Origin: Lingula anatina
Lineage: Eukaryota; Animalia; Brachiopoda
NCBI GenBank assembly: GCA_051362555.1
Contig: CM120642.1
Coordinates: forward strand, 1,426,001 to 1,490,000
Direction: 5' to 3'
DNA: 64,000 nt
In this document: piece by piece, positions 13,102-25,100 of the stretch
How the letters are laid out: each line of letters starts with the position of its first letter
Position numbering within the stretch: the stretch's first letter is position 1
The notes under the pieces: generated by a model
What the model was told of the DNA's origin: nothing
What the model saw: the letters and a program-made list of their open reading frames with translations, nothing else
Database searches by the model: none
Made by a program: the position numbers and the translations under genes

Positions 13102-16100
13102 TTTGCTCTTTCTATTGAAGTATTAGCCAGTTTTTTATGATATCTGCATATCCCTTACATTATTGACAAAAGTTTCATTTTCTTTTCACATGCTATATAT
13201 AATATGTACATGTTCTGTATCCTAGGGCATGACCCCCAGCAGTAAGCTATTAGACAGTGAGCGTGCAGGCGCAGCGCTGGTTCTCACTCTGGAGAGCACG
13301 CAGATCTCTGCCTGTTCCTGCGGCTCACTGGTCAGCAAGGGCAAGTTCACAGGTGAGGAGATACTAGTTAACTTTTATCTAGAAATATCTTTGAAATTGT
13401 CTGAGGGGACATATAGTGTTGTTGAGGAAAATTGTGTGCTTCCAACTTAAGTATTTTGTGATTTCTTTCAACTAGAAATATCTTGAAATCATCTTATTAA
13501 AACCTGAGTATGGTTTTCTTTTGTCAGTGATTTGAAAGACACCAGTCTCAAACTAGAAGTTTTTAATTTTGATTTATAGATTTCCTATGAGTTACAAAAT
13601 TTGATTATCGTTGTTATTTTAGGCTTCTTATTGAGGTTTGGGAACAAATTTGAAATATCCCTTAGTATTGAAAATTTGTTCAAATACTTTAAAGTGTAAG
13701 TTGTATTATTTTGTAGGTTTTTGCCTGAGGTTTGCGGATGACTTTGAGATCTCTCTGGATGAGTGGGGTCCCCAGGACAAGGATGATATCGTGATGAACG
13801 CCTGTGTGGTCCCAGAGGGAACATATGAAGTGTGCTCACAGACTGTCACACACCAACCACAAGGTCAGTTTATTTGTCAATTTTTTTGTTTGTTTTTTTT
13901 TTGCTTTTTTTTATTTTTTGGAGGTTGTGCAGAAAAATTGTAACAAAAATATTGAACTGATGTGTCAAGTAAGAAAATAAGAGCATATTTAAATGATATG
14001 CAAGCATGGCTATTATTGCTGATTAATAGAGATATATCTGATATGTAATTCTTCCTGTAAAATGATTAATACCAATAGCACCTTGACATTAAACCAATAT
14101 GAACAGAAATTCAGATATTACCATGTGATACTTCAGACACATCAAGCCATGGAAAGATGATATTGAACATCCTGTGGCACATGAAGGGGATTGACGTCCA
14201 TCTTGACACTAGTATTGGGAAGAAGCTGTCCGCACTGGGAGTGACCGTGACCTCGCTGACCGGGGAGGAAGAGGATGTGGTGGATGGAGAGAATGTGGAG
14301 AGTGTGGGATTTGACCAGCAGGTAGTGTGTGTGTGTGTGTGTGGGTGTGGGTGGGTGGGTGGGTGGGTGGGTGGGTGGTAGCAGCAGCCTTGAACTTTCC
14401 ATTCCACAGGTCAGATGTCTTTATTTGACTGGATAAAGAGATTTGTAAACTGAACACTTTTGGCTTCATATTTTATATGCATAACGCAAGACTAGTATAA
14501 AAAATTTGAATGGATGAATGAACAGTTTTCTCATTTGCTTTGCAATAAAAAGCAAATTTCCTGAAGATTGGTGATTGACATATGAATAATATATATAATG
14601 TATTGTAATCTTAGGCTGAGCCAAGAAGGAAGCTCAGCAGTGTGTTTGGCACTCTGCCAGAGTTTGCCTACGACATGAGCCTGGAGCCCAAAATGAGGGC
14701 CAAACTGATTGAGAAGGAATTGATAGAGCAAGCCAAAGTGGTGGAAGATCTCAAGTAAGTGTTTGATTTGTTTTCCCACATTTTTACATTTTTGACTTGC
14801 GAGGACTGTCAGTGGATGATTTTCTGACTTCAATGATGTTGTTTCCAAATATTTCAGCAATTTTTTTCCATACAACAGGGATGAATGTCATTATTAAAAT
14901 TTCAGTGAGCAGTGGTGCATTTTACTTATAATTTTTGGTCAAATTTTCAAATTTTTCCTCCATACAACTCTGTACCAGTCAAGTATCATCTTTCTAACAA
15001 CTTTTAAGCAAATATTTCAACTTTTTGCCATTTTTTATCATCTTTCTACCAAATTTTAATCCAATATTTCCACTTTTTCCTCCAGACAACTCGGAGCCAG
15101 TCGGATGACGGTGGAACAAGAGGAGCAGAAGATGCACGAGCTGGAGGCAGCTCTGTTCCACGACTTCAGGAGAGACGTTATTCAGAAACTGAGGAAACAA
15201 AGTGTCAGGGTGAGAAAAGAGAGACAAAGGTCTTCTGAATTAATCCAAATTACCATATCGTGTGTTTTTAGACTTTTTTTAAAAGTTCCACTTTCATCTG
15301 GGAGAAAGGAAACAGTTTTGGGTTTCAGTTTTGAGACATTTCTGCTGCAATCTATGGTGTGCTGCAAATGTTTTCTGTATGTGATGAATGCAATTGTAAT
15401 TTGCATAAGACGCATGTGCACATACACACAAACTGCCTGTTACGCATTACTCATTAAGATCAAAATGATGTAATAATATTTATTTATTTACTTATTTATT
15501 TACTTATTTATTTATTTATTTATTTATTTATTCTATAGGCTACTGCTCTGAAGGACAAACTTGGTCTTGGCTACAAGTCCACACACACGCGTTCCAAGTC
15601 TGTGGCTGCTCCCACCTATAGACGTAAGACAGTTGACCAGGATCAGCTTGCGGCTTACAACGAGGAGTTATTTGGGTCGGGTCACACACGGAGAATGTCA
15701 CTAGAGGGCATGGACCTGCATAAAGTGACATTTGGTGAGACGGGGTGAGTACTGTACTCTCATAGAGAGTTGGAATGACTGTACTTTGTGTGTATTTAGG
15801 AAAAAACATCCCCCTTTTTATATCAAGCTGCACAGTTTTCTGATGTCCACCACTTTGAGAAATTGACACAGGGTGTCTGCACAAACTTATAGCTAACATC
15901 TGCATCTATTGTTGCTGTGGCAGACCTCTTGAACATCAGTGTTCAAGAAAACCAAGTTACTCATTATTCCCAAACTAACAGAAATGACTCTCACATCTAA
16001 AATGCATCTCATATTTAAAAAAAAAACAGCCTGATTATATCATTTTCTCACTTTAATTTCATTGCATTTTGAATTAAAAAGCCAGCCTGATTGGATTATT

Positions 16101-19100
16101 TTTCTTAATTTTTTTTTAATCCACCGCAGGACTCCCACCACAGACACCAGTGACTTCCTGTCCACTACGGTAGATGACCCCTCAGGCTTCCAACTGTCCT
16201 ACAGAGAGGAGGACGAAGAAGAAGAGGAGGAGGACGAGGGGGATGGTGGCATGCCTTCACGCCCCAGACGGAAGCAGCTGTCTCTCCACGAGGTGTTTCA
16301 CTCCAGCTCAGAGGAAGATATTGAAGATGCGTATCTAAGACAGGCTGCACAGGCACATAGGTAATACTGTATAGTACTATACAATGTATTTCAAGAGATA
16401 CAGTACAATGTGCTGAGTTGTAGTAATGTCACAGAGGTCCACTATCCAGCATAGTCAAAAAAATAACACTGGGAAAACAAACATTTTTCATCAAACATCT
16501 TATTTCCCTAATCAGGAACCGTCGTGACATTGAAGATGGTCTTGACCGGCACACAGGCTCCACCCCCAGTATGGTCAGTACAGGGTCCCAGAAGGCCAAC
16601 ATGGCCGCACAGCCCAACATTGACTTTGAGTGTGACATCAAGGTGGAGATAGACAGTGGACAGTGTGTGCTCCACCCCAAGGAGAAGAAAGAGGAGGAGA
16701 TGGAGGGGTTCTCGGGGAAAAAGTAGGTCCAAATTTCATGATGAAGATTTCACAATATAAGAATTTCAGTAATTGATGTGGGTGGTTCTCATGGAAAAAA
16801 ATAGGTCAGCCATTGATTGAAGGTTTGTTAGGGGAAGAAAAAGCCTTTTAATGGAAGGATTCTCTTGAAAGTAGTAGGGATCCTAAGAAAAAAGGAGATC
16901 AAGATTCAGAAGTCTATGTTTCTTACAGAGTTTTCTTTCCAGGTTTTTGGGTATAACCAACAGGTAGAATAATAGAATCAATTATTTTCACATTAACTTC
17001 AGAACCAAAGCCATGAGGACAGCGTCAGTCCCAGACAGTGTCTCCCCTCTGCCTAAGAAGAAGCCATTAAGGAAACAGGAGACAGTCCCCCAGGCCATGT
17101 TATCACAGGGCAGACTGCGTCAACTGACTGGAACACAGAGCCAGACTGATCTCACGCTCTTCTTCCTGCCAGGAGTTAATGTGAAGGTGGGGGATTATGT
17201 TTTGTAATGGATTTTTTTCATTTTTTTTTAAATTAGAATTTTTATTTTGACCCTCCACAGCGATATCTACCAAGGTAGCTCAGTTTCTCTTTATTTATTT
17301 ATTTATTTTTCAATCACCACCAAAATTTAAGTGATTTTAAATTACCCCATTTTGGACCTATCTAGAAAATTTAATCAAAATGCATCCACATCTTCTAAAA
17401 TTAGACTGTTAACTAACAAGCCAACAAAAGCAAAAATACCCTTCTAGACATAGTTAATATTTCTCATATATCCCTCTCCAGGTCCACTATAACTCTAAAA
17501 CCAGTACCACGGAGACCCCGACCAGCTCCCTGAAGACTGGGCTGGATCCTGCCGAGGTGTTCAAGGAGGCCGCTGACTCCTCTGTAACAGTGGTGAAGAG
17601 AAGTAATGTAAAGAAAGCAAATCTGTATGCATGGATATCTCTGGAGAAACTGTCTGAGGTAATGACATGACTGGTTATTTATAACATGAAGATACAAGTT
17701 CTTGGACTTACAAAGCATACTTAAATTGTACATAGCATACTTAAATTGCTTTTAGTCAGTAAACACATATGATTATTGATCTAGCAAAACAAGCCATTGC
17801 TTTGAATCAAGTTTACCTCTACTTTTAAGTAACTGCGTTGATTTTTAAAAAGAATAAATAAAAAGAGAAAAAAATTTATAAATCTAGGTGTACATCTCGT
17901 TTAAATATTTTTATCTTTCTTACTGTCTTTTAGCTTATTCCTCAGGTATATGTTTTTGTTTCTAGGAGATGATAATAGGTCCATCTCTGCTGGACTTCTT
18001 GGAGCAAGCTTTGGAGTCTATCCCTATCCAGTCTCATCCATCTACTCAGACTAGGACTACCAGAGGTAATACAGATCTGCTTTTTTCCTCCTCTCTCCCC
18101 CCTATTTATTTATTTATTTTTGACAAATATTATATATTACAAAATTGTTGCATGTATTCTTATTTCATTCAAAGCTAATTTAGCCTCTTCATCTTTGGTG
18201 TTCCAGACGACTTCATGGGCAGTATCCTGACCCTTGACCTTGACTCCTCCGCAGCCTCAGTTTCACCTGTCGCTGCCAGCTCCTTCCCTGTGGATGTTAT
18301 AGTCTACGTCAGGGTGCAGCCCTCCGCAATTAGGTAGGCTACAACACAGGGGATTGCTACAGATATTGAGACTGGAAATATTATTGATTCTTGAAATATA
18401 GATCACTACAACAAAAATGTTCACCTATAAATGTACCATGGTACAGTGGCAAAATTCTAGATTTTGGGGCTTAAGATAACTGTCAGTGAATATGTCTAAG
18501 AAATTTCGAATAGCAAATTTTGAGTTTCAAGAAGTAAAAATTACTGTCAGAAATTCTTTAGGTTTGGATTATAACTAACAGAAATTTCATTATAACTTGC
18601 CAAGTTCCAAGTTTTAGGGCTTTCAAGTTTCTGCCAGAAATTAGAAAGATGTTTCTTTTTATGACACCCCTTGTTGAATTGTTTCACTTGTATTGCTGTC
18701 TTCATTCCAGGTTCAACTGTCTCCCAGTCTCCAAAGTGGAATGTCTCCTGCAGCTGCCGTCTCTGGACTTGGTGTTCTCCACTAAGAGGACTGACGTAGA
18801 AGGGAATATGATCACGGAGGGCACGCCACCCTCCAAACACAAAGTTACAAGTACGTACCTCACAATTTCAGTTTCAATTTCCACACATTGAGTATTTTCT
18901 GGACTTGGTCTTATAACAAAGTCATTTCATGGCTTATTGTACCACCAGCGTAGGCGCTGGCGGTACCCATGGTTTTAATCCCGACCCGTATGTTCCGCCG
19001 GCTCCTGCGGCTCCGTCGGCTCCTGCGGCTCCGCCGCCAAGTCACCGTTACCGCTTCTCCTCCTAGACGGTAAGGGCCCCTGTACCCATCTCTTGGATTT

Positions 19101-22100
19101 AGGTCACCTATAATCTCAACTCGTTCCACGTAAAATTTGGGCTTTGTCGGTATTGGGGTCTAGGTGTGGCACTCATTGCAATGCACCCTTGTCTAAAAAT
19201 GGCAAAATTAAATGCTAATTATCTACCCTACAGAAGGAGTTATGGGAAAAATTTCTACAGACAGCTTTCCAAAAGTCATATGTGTAGATTTCAAATATGC
19301 CCTTGGATTTGACCTTTGACCTTTATTTCAAGGTTAAACGGGCCAAAATTTTCAAAAAAATGAAATTTTTTACGAAAAAAAATTTTTTTGCCCTGTTATT
19401 CAGACACCTCACAGACTTAACCAATAATATTATTGGAAAGTGTTACCCTTCGGGTCATCTTTCATCTCCATGAATTTGGGGTCAATCGGTGCATTTTCAC
19501 AGGAGTAGCGGCCATAAAGTACCGAAACTGAAAACTGTCTCTAATTCGGGAACCGTTAATGCTAGAGACCCATTCTTTTTTGCATTTTGTAGAGCGTGTA
19601 AAGCCCAACACTGAAAGTGGTCTCCGTTTTTTTTGTATTCCATACGGTTTTCAAGTTACGCTGTATCAAAAAGTACATGTTGGTGGTGAAAGCAAAATGT
19701 GCAGTACGGTAATGGATAATAAATTTTGAACTCTCGAAAAATTATACATAAGGCTTGGCAAAGCAGACAACTTGTGGTCAAAAATGACATTATTTCATCA
19801 AATTTGAACTTCTGGAACTTCAGAGCACCTCCCGTTTCAAGAATTTTGACCAAAATGACCTTTTCTTTATTTTAATTAATTTTTTTCTGTAGGAAATTTA
19901 TGGCACATTATGGTACCTCCAAAATTATAACATTTAGTCCCTTATATCTCCAAAACTGGCAGAGATAGGTCCATAGTTACTATTGAAGTTGAATAGGAAG
20001 TCATATACTGGCAATCTTACTGTGACCTTGAAATTGACCTTTGACCTACTTTTCACCATGAACTGAACTTTGCAAATTTTGCTTCCCTTCTATCTCCAAA
20101 ACTGGCAGAGATAGGTCCATAGTTACTGTTGAACTTGAATAGGAAGCCATATACTGGCAATCCAAGTGTGACCTTGAAATTGACCTTTGACCTACTTTCC
20201 ACCATAAACTGAACTTTGCAAATTTTGCTTCCCTTTTATCTCCAAAACTGGCAGAGATAGTTCCATAGTTACTATTGAAGTTGAATGGGAAGTCATATAC
20301 TGGCAATCTAAATGTGACCTTAAAATTGACCTTTGACCTACTTTTCACCATGAACTGAACTTTGCAAATTTTGCTTCCCTTATATCTCCAAAACTGGCAG
20401 AGATAGGTCCATAGTTTCTATTGAACTTGAATGGGAAGTCATATACTGGCAATCTAAATGTGACCTTAAAATTGACCTTTGACCTACTTTTCACCATGAA
20501 CTGAACTTTGCAAATTTTGCTTCCCTTTTATCTCCAAAACTGGCAGAGATAGGTCCATAGTTTCTACTGAACTTGAATGGGAAGTCATATACTGGCAATC
20601 TAAATGTGACCTTAAAATTGACCTTTGACCTACTTTCCACCATAAACTGAACTTTGCAAATTTTGCTTCCCTTTTATCTCCAAAACTGGCAGAGATAGTT
20701 CCATAGTTACTATTGAAGTTGAATGGGAAGTCATATACTGGCAATCTAAAGGTGACCTTAAAATTGACCTTTGACCTACTTTTCACCATGAACTGAACTT
20801 TGCAAATTTTGCTTCCCTTATATCTCCAAAACTGGCAGAGATAGGTCCATAGTTTCTATTGAACTTGAATGGGAAGTCATATACTGGCAATCTAAATGTG
20901 ACCTTGAAATTGACCTTTGACCTACTTTCCACCATGAACTGAACTTTGCAAATTTTGCTTCCCTTTTATCTCCAAAGCTGGCAGAGATAGGTCCATAGTT
21001 ACTATTGAAGTTGAATGGGAAGTCATATACTGGCAATCTAAATGTGACCTTAAAATTGACCTTTGATCTACTTTTCACTATGAACTGAACTTTGCAAATT
21101 TTGCTTCCCTTATATCTCCAAAACTGGCAGAGATAGGTCCATAGTTTCTATTGAACTTGAATGGGAAGTCATATACTGGCAATCTAAATGTGACCTTGAA
21201 ATTGACCTTTGATCTACTTTTCACTATGAACTGAACTTTGCAAATTTTGCTTCCCTTTTATCTCCAAAACTGGCAGAGATAGGTCCATAGTTTCTATTGA
21301 ACTTGAATATGAAGTCATATACTGGCAATCTAAATGTGACCTTAAAATTTACCTTTGATCTACTTATTATCATGAACTGAACTCTGCTAATTTCTTTCTC
21401 TTTTAACTCCAAACCTGGCAGAGATAGGTCCATAGTTACTATTGAACTTGAATAGGAAGTCATATACTGGCAATTTACTGTGACCTTGAAAATGACCTTT
21501 CACCAGTCCTTACGATGAACTTAAATTTGATTGTACCATTTTTAGTTTCATATATTTTTTGCATATATTGAAAATTCTTGTTGATTGCATGTTTACAGCT
21601 TGTCAAGCACAAGACTGGTGGCTGTGTCCCTTATTTTGTGTATGTGGGGGTCTATACGAATGCGCTTGCTCCAGCTGGTGGTACAATATTCGGAGGCGGT
21701 ATCGCCTCTCTGATCCTCTAGTTTATTCATGGACGCAGTTTTGCTTTGAATATTGATGAAAATTAAATTAAAATCAACATGCATTTAGTGTGGATTGTAT
21801 TTCTTTACCTTCATATTTTCACCCACCAGCTCTCCTGGCGGAGGAGAGAAGATCCAGCAGTAGTAGCGGATCTCGTAGTCGTAACAGCAGTGGTAACAAG
21901 TTGAGGCTGGGCAGTACGTCCTCAGAGCTGACCTCTAGTGGCGGTCTCAGTGTTACTGGCTGTCTCTCCGACTTCTCCTTCTATATATTCCATCCCTACG
22001 GTGGTGCACAGAAGAAGCCAGCTTCATTGCATGCTTTCAGTGGTGAGTTCTTAAAACTCGAAGTTCCTATTGAGTTAGAATAACTTTTCAGTACCACCTA

Positions 22101-25100
22101 GTAAATTACCTTACGATTATTTTAATGAAATTCTCTGTTTCTTCCATTAAAATTTTTTAGGAGAGAAGTGAGAGTAAAACAGCATAAAGTAAATAAAAAT
22201 CTTTTTCCTTTCTTTATTTCTTCACACTTTCACAGGAGGGTCAGGCACTAGCATTGGCGCATCCCGCCCTGAGAGCAGAGGAAAAGACTCCCTCAGCCTC
22301 AATGTGGAATTTGTCAAAGTGAACATCTCACGGACGCGGAAGGGTCTGGTAGTGGGCGCCACCTCCTCTGACCCCAGTCTCAGCAGTAGTTTTACCCCAG
22401 GGAGGCTGACTAATGACCTGGGGGGCAAACCACAGAATGCTGTCAGGTTCTCTTGTAAGCAGTTTGGATACTTTTTCAGAATATTTGCTTATATGTTTTC
22501 TGTCACACTATTTATTTATATTTACACGAGAAAGTGAAAGTGCATTCAGCTGTTTACACTTTTCAGTGGTATTTTAGTGAGAAATGGATTTTTTTTCTTT
22601 TAAGTCATTATTAATTGAGGAACTATAAAAGAACCTGAAATTTCTTGGGTTTTATCAGGTATCTGTGACATCGGTTCAGCCACATTTAAATATGACATGC
22701 GTCGTCTATCAGAGATCATGGCTCTTCCCAAGGCTTGGTACAGGAGAGCACTGGCCAGAAGATTGTTTCTGGGGGAAGAAACCGTGGCATGGACTGAGCA
22801 AGAATTTGGTAAGGAGTTTTGAGTCTTTTCCCTTCATTTGGTTTACTGAGGTTCCATTGAGTGAGCCGGAGAGAATCATGTTAACAGATCCTTTGTTTCT
22901 GTTTTGCTTGGATGTATTGTTCATGCATTTTGGAGAGAAAGTCATGTTAATTGAAACTTGTGGTTGGTTTCCTAAAACCTGGCATTTGTTTAATGAAAGT
23001 GCTTCTGGTGGCTTTGATTAATATTTATTTTTAATGGTGAAGTTTGTATGTGGTTGAAAAGTACAGTAAAATCATTACTGCTCTAAATTTTTTGGACTTT
23101 GAGCTTCATGTCAGATGTATACCAGCTTCATCTTTATTTTCAATCCTCCAAATGTGTACTACACTTATTAGAGTCTGACCGTCAGTGACAGGCTTGCATT
23201 TAGTCACCTGAAATCAGTGGTTACACAAAAATACATGTGACATCAATAATAAATCCCTCTGACATTTTTGATTGTTTACTGTGCCAAAAATGGAGGATGG
23301 ATCAACAAAAATGATTTGGAAGACTATCAGAAAATATCTCTGGATCCGACCCAGTATGATGATTTGAAAATCCAGAAGTTGGCTTGCATCAACACTGAAA
23401 CCTTTGGTATTATTTTGAGGGTGTTTCTTTGCTAGAACCTTTTATTGCTGTAACTTTATAAAGTGGAAATGTGTGTCTGTGGTGGTGGTGTGGGGATACT
23501 TTACTTTTATATTTTATTCTAAATTGACCAGTTTGTTTTGCATAAGAAATTCAATCTTTTTGTGCAATATTTTTTCGTATGTGGTGAAGAGTTAAAAGTT
23601 TGTCACTGTATGTGTCATTTTGCTTGGTATAATTTATTATTTGAGACACAGTGCATTAAAGAAAGTGTGTTTGTAAACATTCTCATCTTACATTGTGCTT
23701 CTGTTGTAATTCACTCCAAAGAGTTCCAGTAAGTGTGCTGTATCCTTTGATCAAAGTGAAATTGAATATAAGTTTACAAATGAAAACTAGAGGATCAGAG
23801 AGGCGATACCGCCTCCGAATATTGTACCACCAGCTGGAGCAAGCGCATTCGTATAGACCCCCACATATACAAAATAAGGAACACAGCCACCAGTCTTGTG
23901 CTTGACAAGCTGTAAAAATGCAATCAACAAGAATTTTCAAAATATGCAAAAAATATATATATTACTAAAAATGGTACGATCAAAGTTAAGTTCATCGTAA
24001 GGTAGGTCAAAGGTCAATTCCAAGGTCACAGTAAATTGCCAGTATATGACTTCCTATTCAACTTCAATAGTAACTATGGGCCTATCTCTGCCAGGTTTGG
24101 AGTTAAAAGAGAAAGAAATTAGCAGAGTTCAGTTCATGATAATAAGTAGGTCAAAGGTCAATTTCAAGGTCACACTTAGATTGCCAGTATATGACTTCCT
24201 ATTCATGTTTAATAGTAACTATGGACCTATCTCTGCCAGTTTTAGAGATAAAGGGGAAGCAAAATATGCAAAGTTCAGTTCATGGTGAAAAGTAGGTCAA
24301 AGGTCAATTTTAAGGTCACTTTAAGATTGCCAGTATATGACTTCCTATTCAACTTCAATAGAGACTATGGACCTATCTCTGCCAGTTTTGGAGATAAAAA
24401 GAAAGCAAAATTTGCAAAGTTCAGTTCATGGTGAAAAGTAGGTCAAAGGTCAATTTTAAGGTCACATGTAGATTGCCAGTATATGACTTCCTATTCAAGT
24501 TCAATAGAGACTATGGACCTATCTCTGCCAGTTTTGGAGATAAAAGGGAAGCAAAATTTGCAAAGTTCAGTTCATGATGAAAAGTAGGTCAAAGGTCAAA
24601 TTCAAGGTCACATTTAGATTGCCAGTATATGACTTCCCATTCAACTTCAATAGTAACTATGGACCTATCTCTGCCAGTTTTGGAGAGATAAGGGACTAAA
24701 TGTTATAATTTTGGAGTTACAATAATGTGCCATAAATTTCCTACAGAAAAAATTAATTAAAATAAAGGTCATTTTGGTCAAAATTCTTGAAATGGGAGGT
24801 GCTCTGAAGTTCCAGATGTTCAAATTTGATGAAATAATGTCATTTTTGACCACAAGTTGTCTGCTTTGCCAAGCCTTATGTTTTATTTTTCCGGAGTTCA
24901 AAATTTTTTATCCATTACCGTACTGCACATTTTGCTTTCACCACCAATATGTACTTTTTGATACAGCGTAACTTTGGAGATAAAAGGGAAGCAAAATTTG
25001 CAAAGTTCAGTTCTTGGTGAAAAGTAGGTCAAAGGTCAATTTTAAGGTCACACTTAGATTGCCAGTATATGACTTCCTATTCAACTTCAATAGTAACTAT

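Noticed and set aside
18899-18910. 12-bp match (tctggacttggt) to the preceding exon next to HINE copy A
   Set aside because: Too short to separate from chance; not counted among exon-end duplications.
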